Of a DNA stretch of 64,000 nucleotides, positions 42,177 through 53,770 are shown piece by piece (positions within the stretch are counted from its first letter, which is position 1; each line of letters begins with the position of its first letter). The stretch spans positions 163,246,001-163,310,000 of the forward strand of contig OZ024741.1 of NCBI GenBank assembly GCA_964016885.1, read 5' to 3'. The position numbers and the translations under genes were made by a program. The notes beneath the pieces were generated by a model, which saw only the letters and a list, made by a program, of their open reading frames with translations, was not told where the DNA came from and searched no databases. Origin of the DNA: Eledone cirrhosa. Lineage: Eukaryota.

Positions 42177-44004
42177 CAGTTATGCTTATGATAGCAAGAA
42201 AATATTAATTTGTTGAAAATAAAAAAAGTAAATAGTACTTGAAGAAGTCTTGGTTTGCGGCTGGTAGATTTTAGGTTGCCTCACACTGTTTTGCATTACC
42301 TTTATGATATATAAGTATAGAAGTTACATTTATAATGTTATATATGCTATACAAAGAAGTTACATTTATAATATTATATATGCTATACAAAGAAGTTACA
42401 TGCTATACAGAGAAAGCATCTACATCGCACAATTCATTCATGAACAAAAGAAAGTTAATCAACGATTATGGAAACAGAGCCGATGAAGTGAAGTACCCTC
42501 AAATGAATTAATTTCGAAAAGTAATTCAAATAAAAAAGTATCTTTTATTTTTGTATCACAATAAATTTGTTGTGCGTTGAATTGCCCTTGCACTGAATCA
42601 TCAGCACTAAATTGTCAACTCTCTGATTCACTTAATATGAATAACCAAAGTTCACATTACTTGCAATAACAGAATGTCTAAATGTGATATAGGTACAAAG
42701 CTTATAATATTGATTCGGATATAGAAATAGATTGTATTTTAGCAACTATGGGATGTTTTGATGTTCATAATTTTACCAAAAGCAAAAGGGTAGCAAAAAA
42801 GAAAAGGTGATAATAATGATGATGGTGATGATGATGATGTTGTTGATGATCATGATCATGATCATCCTGATGATGGCGGTGGCGATGATGAAGAAGAAGA
42901 CGATTAATTTACAGTAACCGTATTCACTAAGACCTAAATAAGTAGCATGCAAGTACACAACTCATTGTCTTAAGCATTGGTGTCAAGGTATCCCAAAATT
43001 TACCAGAAAATCCTCTTTTAGTTTCCCGGAAATGAGTCTAGCCACAACTATTTTCATAGTAACTACATTCAAATTAGCTACTACATCTTAACTTTCCTCT
43101 TGGCTTATGCTGTTTCCGACACCGAAAGTCTTACTGGTTTCCTACGTTTCTAGATTATACCAGAGTGTATACATGACAATTGTATTGCAAGACAGATGTT
43201 CTATGCTCAAAGGAGAGATAGGTACTATCAGTTGTATCTTCATAATTTAGTCAGAACATTATCCTTAAAAATCTTCCTAATAGAAATTCATAAGATATAT
43301 TTGGGTAATGGATTGCATTTCTAAAACAAATTATATCAAATATATTGTTTAGTGTAACTATATTTAAGAACATAAACGTGGAGTAGTATTTAAGTTCTAA
43401 GTCCGTCAACTTCCGATCGATAGCATCAACACAAATGGCACCTACAATAAGCTTCAAATAATAGTATGATAAATCGGAATATATGCAGGATTGATTGAAA
43501 GAAATTCCCTATGCAAAATGGTTAATACATTTATTAATTATCCATCAGTTTCTATGACATATTTTATTTAAACAGTATGATTCCAAAGGTACAGTATAAT
43601 ATTAAATTTCTACATAGGCACCAGCATTGTCCACACGTGTTTGTATATCCTCGCCTGGGTATATCCTCAACTGACTTCAACAGGAACTCAGGCGGTATAT
43701 TGGTCAGTACATGACTAATGCGTTCTACCAATTAAGCTAGAGGTTTTGAATTTGAGCTATACACCTCTTCATTCGCCTCCAAAAACAGGAAAGAATGCCG
43801 TGGCGATAAGTCAAGGCTTTTGCTGACCATTCATGTGAACTTCGACGACTTTGCTAACGTCTTGGAAATAGGATATCAAACCACTCATGGACAGTATGTG
43901 CAAAATGAAGAAAGGTCCCATCTTGCATTAATATGAGGTTATTGATGTTATCCCAAGTGGTCACAGTAGGCCAAATGTTAGGAGTAATTGTTTCTCCATC
44001 CGCC

Positions 44005-44074
<70 letters not shown>

Positions 44075-44115
44075 ATACTTTGGGAGGGTCATGTTGCCAA
44101 TAATGTTCTGTTGTC

Positions 44116-44166
<51 letters not shown>

Positions 44167-44501
44167 TTTATTAAAATAACAGATTACTATATATATATAT
44201 ATGAGAATTTGGCTTCCTCTGATTAACAAGTCTGAAGAGCAGATAAGGTTGGAGTCGGCGACTTCTCGGGGGAAGAAATAAGGAGGGGCATCAAAACGCC
44301 CTCAAAGGTGAGTCAGAAGTTATGGAAGGTATCACTACAAATATGGTCAGAGGGGGACAGGAATGCGTCACAACATGGATGAGTCAGTTATGCAACCAGA
44401 TTTGGAACACAGGTGAGGGACTTATGGCATGCCATTCATGGCATTCTCACCCAACAAGGATTTATATAGTGGTTCCAAATGCTATACAGGATGGCTATAC
44501 T

Positions 44502-44580
44502 GAAGGTTAAAAAACACTTGTGAATAGTGCAGTTATGTTGATTTAAAACTGCACTATTCACAAGTCTTTTTTAACCTTCA
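44502..44580. repeat. Short palindrome
   Basis: TGAAGGTTAAAAAACACTTGTGAATAGTGCAGTT mirrored across an ~11-nt spacer. Confidence 0.7.
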
Positions 44581-44938
44581 TATCATGTCTTCCTATTTTA
44601 TCTGATGAAAACACAAATATTATTGCATGATGATGTTTGTTTTTGAAATGCGCATAATAAAATACACGGAACTCTTTTAACCATCTTTTGATCTTATATA
44701 TTATATATATATATATATATAAACGGAAAAAATAAAATGAAATATCATTTCCCACTCTTAGTACGGCTGTTACTTAAATATAAGTATGTACACGTACATA
44801 CATATATGTATACAGATGTACAGTAGTATGTATATGTATATACATACATGCACACATATATATATGTACGTATGGATTCACCGAACATGTATTATAATGC
44901 TCGGTCTGTATACATATATGTATGTACGTGTACATACT

Positions 44939-45082
<144 letters not shown>

Positions 45083-45145
45083 TGTGTGTGTGTGTGTAAT
45101 GTAGGAAATGAATATGTATATATATATATATATAGGAAAAAGTAT

Positions 45146-45243
45146 GACCCCGACAGCAGAGCTCAAGCCGTTTTGACGGCTATTTCTGGACTAAATTAGA
45201 ATTTTTAGCCGGGTGAATAAATAGCCGAACTTGTCAAGGGGGC
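45146..45243 (-). ncRNA. Hammerhead motif, U3-A8 variant, G12A (mirror copy)
   Basis: Reverse complement CCCC-TTGACAA-GTTCGGCTATTT...AAATAGCCGTC-AAAA-CGGC...GCTG-TC-GGGG. Confidence 0.7.
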
Positions 45244-45959
45244 ACTTCCTAATATGGGAAGATTGTAGTTGTCAAGAGGATTGGTTAAAATTTGCTGTAA
45301 ACACAAATAAGTCTATCATCGCATTTGGTGGGAGGTAGGGGTGGCTGAACTTGCCTGTAGAACAATAGGGGTGAGTGGAGTGGTCAAGCGTTGAAAGTGA
45401 TATGTATACAGCAGATTCTAAGGATAGTGTATGAAGTGGAGGAGGGAGGTTATAGAATAGGTAAATCGAACGAGAGTAGGAAACAATAAAAGATAATAGA
45501 AAGAAAAAAAATATATATAATCAGAAATGAATAAAAAAAAATCACAATGCTATCTTACAATTACAGGTTAATAAGTTGAGAATAGAAAAAAACTTGTAGA
45601 AATTGAGTAGTACCAGAACTGATACAACATTAAAGGGGTTTAACACGTCTGCTATAAGTAGTTAGTAAAACGTATTCGGCCAATTCTATCTTAAAATTAC
45701 AGGGGTGGGGGAACTGATACTACAGAGGCCCGATGCGCTGCATAGGTGTAGGGGAAAGAGGCAAAGCAGACAAGGAAGAAAATAGGGGGTGGAAGGAAGT
45801 GATAGGATGAGACAGGGGGAAGAAGAAGACAAAGAGGAAAAGTAGAGAAAAGAGATACATCTACCTAAGTAAGCTGGGGTTTCCCCTAACTTATTCGGCA
45901 AGTGTATGTGTGTGTGGGAGGGGTATCAGACCTTGTATACCCACCCGGATCGTTATGGG

Positions 45960-46885
45960 GTTTGAGGGCGAGGTAAGTCCTACGCAATCTGTGTTTGCAT
46001 GCGGTTACCTGTTCGTCTTTCTTGTTTAGGAGTTGGTCCTACGAAAACATCATTTGTAATGTTTCCTCCGAGCATAAGTTACACGGACGGCGTCCTCCCG
46101 TGTAAGAGTTAGCTCTGGACAGTAAGTTCCAAATGAGATTGTAGGTTATATTATTATCTTGGGGGCCCCTGATGTGGGCCGAAAGTGTAGTGGCATGTCG
46201 CCGGACCGGGTTTCGGAAAGTATTTCGGTGTTGGCAGAGCCGGGTCTTTAAGTCACACGCAGTTAATCCTATATATGCTTTGTTGGAGGTGTCCGTCCTC
46301 ACGGTGCACTGGTAGATCACGTTACGTTCTCAGCATTTGTTGTTGAGGGTGAACGTAGATCTATCAGGGCAGTTACACCTCCTGGTCGGCTCTCCACTGC
46401 TGTCTAGCTTATTTATTCCATAGGGGTTGAGTTTTTTGTTGTTTGAGGAGACGATGTTTTGTGCGAAGTTAGGTGGGGTGCTGTAGGAAAGTTTGATGGT
46501 GTTTTTGTTGATTATGTTGTGGTAGCGGTGTTGTAGTGGGAAGTGTTTTTCGAGGAGTCTAAAGAAGAGTTTCCCGATAGATGTTGCAACCTCGGCATTA
46601 TGGGGAGGATTGAACCACGTTACGCTGCGCAAGCGGCAGTGTCGCCTGCTGGTTCTGCTAAGGGAAGCTGGATAAAAGGATATTTCCTCCCGGAAGCCAC
46701 TCCGCTTGAGGGCCTGGTTGTAATGAGGGCCTGCGTGTTCGTCGAATATCTGTTCATTAGCGGACAAACGAGATATGCGGAGGGAGATGTTTTTAACCAG
46801 GTTATTGGTGATATTTCTAGGATGGTTTGAGCGGCGGTGGATGTAGTGCAAGTTGTCGTTTGGTTTCCTGTATGGGTAGTACAGT
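45960..46885 (-). pseudogene. Penelope-like RT thumb + GIY-YIG, disrupted
   Basis: YIHRRSNHP, TWFNPP, CNCPDRS, AYIGLT, CNLCSEE; in-frame stops split ORFs 46330-46851 and 46039-46320. Confidence 0.88.
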
Positions 46886-46898
46886 CATTTTCACTACA

Positions 46899-47490
46899 TA
46901 CTTCCCACTACAACGCCGCTACCACAACATAATCAACAAAAACACCATCAAACTCTTTTATAGCACCACACCTAACTTCGCACAAAACATCGTCTCCTCA
47001 AACAACAAAAAATTCAACCCCTATGGAAGAAATAACCTAGACATCAGTGGAGAGCCGACCATTAAGTGTAACTGCCCTGATAGATCTACGTGCCCCCTCA
47101 ACAAAAAATGCCGAGAACGTAACGTGATCTACCAGTGCAGCGTGAGGACGGACACCTCCAACAATGCTTATATAGGATTAACCGCGTGTGACTTCAAGTC
47201 CCGGCTCTACCAACACCGACATACTTCCGAAACCCGGTCCGGCGACATGTCACTACACTTTCGGGCCACATCTGGGACCTCCAAGATAATAATATAACCT
47301 ACAATCTCACTTGGAGCTTACTGTCCAGAGCTAACTCTTACACGGGAGGACGCCGTCCGTGTAACTTATGCTCGGAGGAAACATTACAAATGCTGCTTTC
47401 GAAGGACCAACTCCTAAACAAGAAAGACGAACTGGTAACCGCATGCAAACACAGATTGCGTAGGACTTACCTCGCCCTCAAACCCCATAA
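46899..47490 (+). pseudogene. Penelope-like GIY-YIG, frameshifted mirror copy
   Basis: CNCPDRSTCP, VIYQC, AYIGLT; frameshift near 47225. Confidence 0.88.
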
Positions 47491-48021
47491 TGACTCGGGT
47501 GGGTAGACAAGGGTTGATACCCCCCCCCCCTCCGACACACATTTACACTTGCCAAATAAGTTAGAGGAAACCCCAGCTTACTTAGGTAGATGTATCTCAT
47601 TTCTCTACTTTTCCTCTTTGTCTTCTTCTTCCCGCTGTCTCATCCTATCACTTCCTTCCACCCCCTATTTTCTTCCTCGTCTGCTTTTCCTCTTTCGCCT
47701 ACCCCGATGCAGCGCATCGGGCCTCTGTAGCATCAGTTCCCCACCCCTGTAATTTTAAGATAGAATTGGCCGAATACGTTTTACTAACTACTTATAGCAG
47801 ACGTGTTAAACCTCTTTAATGTTGTATCAGTTCTGGTACTACTCAATTTCTACAAGTGTTTTCTATTCTCAACTTATTAACCTGTAATTGTAAGATAGCA
47901 TTGTTATTTTTTATTCATTTCTCATTATATATATATATTTTTTCTATTATCTTTTATTGTCTTCTACTCTCATTCGATTTACCTATTCTATAACCTCCCT
48001 CCTCCACTTCATACACTATCC

Positions 48022-48681
48022 GGCATAGGTTAAGGTTAACGTCCTCGAAAATTAAAGTAGGTTTTCTGACAAGTGAATGTGTTTTTGTTTTTTTTACAAT
48101 GAAATTTACGATACACTCTTTGTTTATTTACAACAGGTCTCTATAGTGATATGGTGTTAATTAGTATTGCGTGTGTGATTATTTTCTCTTATATATATAT
48201 GTGTGGGTGTGTATATGTGTGTATATATATGTGTGTCTGTATGTATATATATATGTGTGTTTGTATATATATATGTGTTTGTGTCATCATCATCGTTTAG
48301 ATGGTTTTGTAATATCTTGCCAAGGTTGGCACCAACTATAAACAAATTAAGGCCGGGTCATAGGTAGGACAGAGAATGATAAGGGATTTGGGTAAAAACA
48401 TCTAAACGATGATGATGACACAAACACATATATATATACAAACACACATATATATATACATACAGACACACATATATATACACACATATACACACCCACA
48501 CATATATATATAAGAGAAAATAATCACACACGCAATACTAATTAACACCATATCACTATAGAGACCTGTTGTAAATAAACAAAGAGTGTATCGTAAATGT
48601 CACTGTAAAAAAAAAAAAAAACACATTCACTTGTCAGAAAACCTACTTTCATTTTCGAGGACGTTAAACTTAACCTATGCC
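48022..48681. mobile_element. Non-autonomous long-TIR (foldback/MITE) element, 660 bp, 8-bp TSD
   Basis: TIRs ~48022-48303 / ~48399-48681 starting GGCATAGGTTAAG; TSD CACTATCC at 48014-48021 and 48682-48689; empty site in the mirror arm near 45422-45429. Confidence 0.9.
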
Positions 48682-48870
48682 CACTATCCTTAGAATCTGC
48701 TGTATACATATTACTTTCAACGCTTGACCACTCCGCTCACACCCCTATTGTTCTACAGGCAAGTTCAGCCATCCCTACCTCCCACCAAATGCGATGATAG
48801 ACTTATTTGTGTTTACAACAAATTTTAACCAATCCTCTTGACAACTACAATCTTCCCATATAAGGAAGTA

Positions 48871-48967
48871 CGCCCTTGACAAGTTCGGCTATTTATTCAC
48901 CAGGCTAAACATTCTAATTTAGTCCAGAAATAGCGGTCAAAACGGCTTCAGCTCTGCCGTCGGGGTC
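48871..48967 (+). ncRNA. Hammerhead motif, U3-A8 variant, with G12A change (probably inactive)
   Basis: CCC-TTGACAA-GTTCGGCTATTT...AAATAGCGGTC-AAAA-CGGC...GCCG-TC-GGG; other family copies have GAAA. Confidence 0.7.
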
Positions 48968-49057
48968 ACACTTTTTCCTATTTCCCACTCTACTACTCTA
49001 AGTATTGAGTACTCTGGTGCGTTATGGTCCATCTGGTTCCTTACCACAATTCCTATG

Positions 49058-49112
<55 letters not shown>

Positions 49113-49249
49113 TGTTTCTATGTATATATAAATAATCATATATGTATATGTTAGCGCGTGTAAATTTTCTATCTTCGTTCTTAAATGATATAAATATATG
49201 GTCCATGCAGCTTTTGATAGTTCATTGAAATCAAACTATATAAATATAA

Positions 49250-49307
<58 letters not shown>

Positions 49308-49311
<4 letters not shown>

Positions 49312-49493
49312 GTTTCTACTTTTGGCACAACGCCAGCAATTATCCAGTGCATTACTGGTACTTTATTTTATCGACCCCGTAAGGATGAAAGGCGAAGCTA
49401 ACCTCGGCGGGATTTGAACTTAGTCCGTAAAGGGACGTAACTGTGCTGCAAAGCATGGCGCACGACTCTCTACCGATACTGCCAATTCACCAA
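49308..49493 (-). mobile_element. SINE family 1
   Basis: Near-complete reverse-complement copy. Confidence 0.85.
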
Positions 49494-49507
49494 CTTATAT
49501 ATATATA

Positions 49508-50152
49508 ATGAAAACAAAAGTTACGGGCAAAAGAGGGAAATATCCATCGTCAGTTGTCTATTAGGAATCATAGGTATTTCTTCTTGGAGACAAGATACCT
49601 CAGCCTAGGGCGAACAATAACTAAAATAAGTTATTGGGATAAAAAAGGGGGGAGAGAGAGAACAAAATGTAAACAGACACGAAGGGTGAAGCAACGAAAA
49701 AAGAGTATAAATCAAGTCAACAACTCATTTCGAACATAAGTTCTGGCGGGTTTGACGAGAAAAAAAGCCACCTCTTCACTGTAGCAGTGTGAGCGAGAGA
49801 AGAGACTGGTTACACTGGCGGACGAGGGAGGAAGTGAGCTAGCAGAGAGACGGTGACTAGCAGAGAGGTATTGAGTGAAAGTAAGAGGAAGCGAGAAAGA
49901 GATAGGTTTAGTGGCAGGCTTGCAGAGAGAAGCTGACTAGCAGAAGAGAGAGAAGCTGACTAGCAGAAGAGAGAGAAGCTGACTAGCAGAAGAGAGAGAA
50001 GGAGCGAGAAGGGGTACAGAGAGGATAGCAACAAGAGGAGGGAAGAGAGATGGGTCAAAGCGGAGAAGGAAACTATGTGAATAAAATGGTGAGCTGTGTG
50101 GTTGCAATTAAGTATAATGAAAATAAAAGTTACGGGCGAAAGAGGGCAATAT
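49508..50152 (-). repeat. Partial-tandem element (period ~610), related to 32165-32713
   Basis: TGAAAAYAAAAGTTACGGGCRAAAGAGGG at ~49509 and ~50118; internal ~25-bp triplication ~49925-50000. Confidence 0.65.
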
Positions 50153-50159
50153 ATATATA

Positions 50160-51268
50160 CGTAGACTAGGGAACTCAACAACGCTGGCCAATAAAATCTG
50201 GCAGCTCAAGGAATATGGGATTATCTGGTCGAAATTATCGGGCCTACAATAATGAAATGTCCCACTGCGGACTTTGCAATACGGAGCTATTCCATATTTT
50301 AAAGTATGATAAAATGCTGCTTAACAACAAAATAGAACGATCAATTTTCTGTTGTCACAAAGCAGCTACCAAGTTCGCAAACTTCAAACCAAGATGAGTC
50401 AATCCAGCAATCTCAGAATTCAAGCAGAACCACCCAGATTTTAATGTAATGACTAAACACCACCCCACTGTTATTAGCTGTCAACTAACCAACTGGTCAT
50501 TAAATCAACATCATAAATCTCCCAACCTTTCTTTCACACTCTCTCTCTATAGGCACATCACCTCCATTAAGATAAAACAATCAGCCTGCCAGGCATTAAC
50601 CACCCATATATCAACACTACCCCTTTCAATTTTTATTCTCTATCTATCTACACCCTCCTCGTCCTTAGCCCTACCCCTTATGTGCCATCATCGTATCATC
50701 ATCCCCACTCTCTGTCTCCTATCGTTTATCTCTTCCCCTCTCACTTAATTTTTACTTATTATTTTTTAACTTTTATCTGTTATTTGATATTATTGTTTTA
50801 TTTTTTACTCTAATCCTCTGGGATTTGACCACTACATATGTATTTAATGTCTCTTTTCATGTTATTGTTATCTCTACCGCCATCACTACTTTACACATAC
50901 ACTTACTCACCACTGTAACTTTAACTACCACCACTACCACCACCACTACTATTATCAGCAATCGTATTCTGTACTTATAATTTAATTATTTTTTACATCT
51001 TTATCATCTTCATTCTAACTTCTTTATTATTATCTTTTATTATTGATGTTATTGTTTTGATTCTCCGATTTAAATAACAGTGCCATGTGTTACACCCTCC
51101 AGTATTCCGATGATTTGATCAGAGCAAACACTTTATTTAAGGTCGAGTGACGCAACTTCGAGTGATTAGCGGCCTTTAGACTCACCTGATCAATGAAACA
51201 ATTGTTAATGCTATAAATAAAAACATTTTTGTACAGCCGACCATGTTATTCTTCACTCTTTCACTACT
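50160..51268 (+). mobile_element. 3' fragment of a Penelope-like element related to 24674-27137
   Basis: CGLCNTELFHILK...LLNNKIERSIFCCHK matches the end of ORF 25195-25788; HHR-like fold at 51101-51212. Confidence 0.8.
51101..51212 (+). ncRNA. Hammerhead-like motif (U4C) with long stem II insert
   Basis: AGTATT-CCGATGA-T-TTGATCAG...CTGATCAA-T-GAAA-CAATTG-TT-AATGCT. Confidence 0.6.
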
Positions 51269-51281
51269 ATATATATATATA

Positions 51282-51422
51282 TAGGAACAAGTAAGACCCC
51301 GTCGAAACGGCTTGAGCTCAGCCGTCGGGGTCCTACTCGTTCCTATTACCCACTCTACTACCCTGAGTATTGAGTAATTTGGTGCGTTATGGTCCACCTG
51401 GTTCCTTACCACATTTCCTCCG

Positions 51423-51425
<3 letters not shown>
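51282..51425 (+). mobile_element. Short 3' end of the same PLE family with 20-bp inverted head
   Basis: GTCGAAACGGCTTGAGCTCAGCCGTCGGGGTCC...TTACCACATTTCCTCCGTTATA. Confidence 0.8.
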
Positions 51426-51461
<36 letters not shown>

Positions 51462-51668
51462 ATATAGAGGGGAAAGACACAGAAAAGTGTGTTTTTCTTT
51501 ACAGGAATTTCAAACCATCAGCGTGAAGAGAATATAAGCTACTAGAGGCATAGGAAAAACATTAAAATTAAAAGTATAAATTGAAATGAGAAACCAACCT
51601 CAACTAAATCACACATGTACACCCTCCCCAGGAGAGTGTTTCGCCATTTTAGTGGGTTCCAATACGGC

Positions 51669-51717
<49 letters not shown>

Positions 51718-51721
<4 letters not shown>

Positions 51722-52629
51722 GAAGAGAGAAGAAACATTTAGATATAATTAGTAATAAAATGTATCATACCTAAACTGCTCCTAGATTCCTCGACTACGT
51801 AGTTTCGTGGCATAAACAAAAACAATACATCATAAAGATATAGAGTCCCTGCGAGGTCTGCCGACTTATCATTCATAATGTAATTTTAACTCTGATACTG
51901 GTTCAGTCTGGTTCAACCGGATTGGTCTGTCCCAGTCATTCATTGAGCAACATCGGTGAGGTTGGCACCCTTAACTCACGGTTGGGTGTGGATGCATTCA
52001 TGTATATGTGTGTGTCCGCATGTATCTGTGTGTTTCTAAATATATTGTTAATAACTCCCTCTGGTTGAGTAATCTTTGAAGTGTGGTGACTGCTGGAAAG
52101 CTGCCATTACTCATACTTCTCGCCTCCTTCACCACCTCTTCTACGGCTTCGATATAAACACCCCCTCCGCCTCTGTGGTATTTTCTTCGGGGTTATAAGA
52201 GGCTTAGCTCTGTTTCTCGACCGTTATATCGCGTGACTATCTCCCCCTCCGCCTTTTGGGATTCTTTCTCACGTCGTGTAGACGCGTTCTTGAGACTAGT
52301 AAAATGAGGTATCCTCTTGATAAGTCGGCAGACCTCGCAGGGACTCTATATCTTTATGATGTATTGTTTTTGTTTATGCCACGAAACTACGTAGTCGAGG
52401 AATCTAGGAGCAGTTTAGGTATGATACATTTTATTACTAATTATATCTAAATGTTTCTTCTCTCTTCATAATGTAATTTTAACTCTGATACTGGTTCAGT
52501 CTGGTTCAACCGGATTGGTCTGTCCCAGTCATTCATTGAGCAACATCGGTGAGGTTGGCACCCTTAACTCACGGTTGGGTGTGGATGCATTCATGTATAT
52601 GTGTGTGTCCGCATGTATCTGTGTGTTTC

Positions 52630-52635
<6 letters not shown>
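51718..52635 (+). mobile_element. Second locus of the tandem HHR element (period 593) with inverted 5' segment
   Basis: 51872-52043 is repeated from 52465; 51718-51871 is an inverted copy ending inside the HHR core; same 3' end (GTGTTTCTAAATATAT) running into (TA)n as at 9488. Confidence 0.85.
52312..52401 (+). ncRNA. Type I hammerhead ribozyme, U3-A8 variant
   Basis: TCCTC-TTGATAA-GTCGGCA...TGCCAC-GAAA-CTACGTAG-TC-GAGGA; differences from 8570-8657 fall in loop II. Confidence 0.85.
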
Positions 52636-52698
<63 letters not shown>

Positions 52699-53321
52699 CT
52701 ATCTTCGTTCTTAAATGAGTTTAGTTTTATAACCAGCAGATAGTACAAAACCTCAAGGTTAATAGTAAATTAACGTTATTCAACGTACGTTTAATTGGTT
52801 GCCTGATACAATCCAATGGTTGTACAACTCCTTCCAGATATGTAATTATACAATAGGTAATATCTAACATTTTAAATGATAGGGAAAGCAGCCGGTCGTT
52901 AGATCGGACCAAGGAAACAACATTTTCAATTTGTCATGCAAAGAGTAACATAAAATAAATTATTTTGCTGAAAACAAAACAACACACATCGGCCCATGTG
53001 TTGACCTTAGGACCTTATGGTTTTGAGGCCAGCGCCCAACCGCTATGCCACGTATTTATAACCAGTAAAGATATTTCCAAGAAATGAGGTATCTCACTGT
53101 TCCTGAATCCATCTTATACCTGTAGATAGCAGGTTTCCTCTCTGAATTGTTTAAGAAGCAATATGACTAAAATTACTCGACTAGCAACGTAACTTTACAT
53201 ATTCCCTAAACACCTCTTTAAATGTTAATTATACAGAGACTACTGTGCATAATGTGCTGTATAAACAATAGATTACTTTATTAACTAGGAGTGGAATATA
53301 CTCGTCTGGGATCTAATAAAA

Positions 53322-53770
53322 AATTGTTTCTACTTTTGGCAGAAGGCTAGCAATTACCCCAGTGCATTACTGGTATTATTATATTATTTTATCGACCCCG
53401 AAAGGATGAAAGACAAAGGTTAACTTTGCCTGTCATCCTTACGGGCTCGACAAAATAAAGTACCAAATGCACTGGGATAATTGCTGGCCTTGTGCCAAAA
53501 AGTAGAAACAATTATTATATTATTTTATAAGGGCGGTGGATTGACAGTATCAGTAGAGGGTCTAACGCCATGCGTTGATGCATAGAGTTACGCCCCTTTC
53601 CATTCTGATTTCAAATCCCGCCGAAGTTAACTTTGCCTTACGGGGTTGATAAAATAAAGTACCAGTAATGCACTGGATAATTGCTGGCCTTGTACCAAAA
53701 GTAGAAACAATTAGATTATTTTATCGACCCCGTAAGGATGAAAGGCAAAGTTAACCTCGGCAGGATTTGA
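53322..53770. mobile_element. Cluster of tRNA-derived SINE family 1 copies in alternating orientation (near-complete copy 53531-53713 +)
   Basis: Family consensus TGGCAGTATCGG (A-box-like), GAGTTCAAATCC (B box), TTTCATCCTTACGGGGTCGATAAAATAAAGTACCAG core, tail GTAGAAACAATTATT. Confidence 0.85.

Larger units (their letters stand above)
45134..49060. mobile_element. Head-to-head fold-back Penelope-like element (two truncated copies, divergent orientation)
   Basis: ~45134-46545 mirrors ~46899-48985; both arms carry GIY-YIG, 3' region and HHR; central 46546-46885 is extra RT-thumb sequence. Confidence 0.92.

Noticed and set aside
48066-48116. CTGACAA...GAAA in the long-TIR element
   Set aside because: C3/A8 mismatch, no stem II, and GAAA is not kept in the other arm.
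52990-53052. tRNA-like sequence on the minus strand
   Set aside because: Decayed SINE head; acceptor and T arms do not pair.
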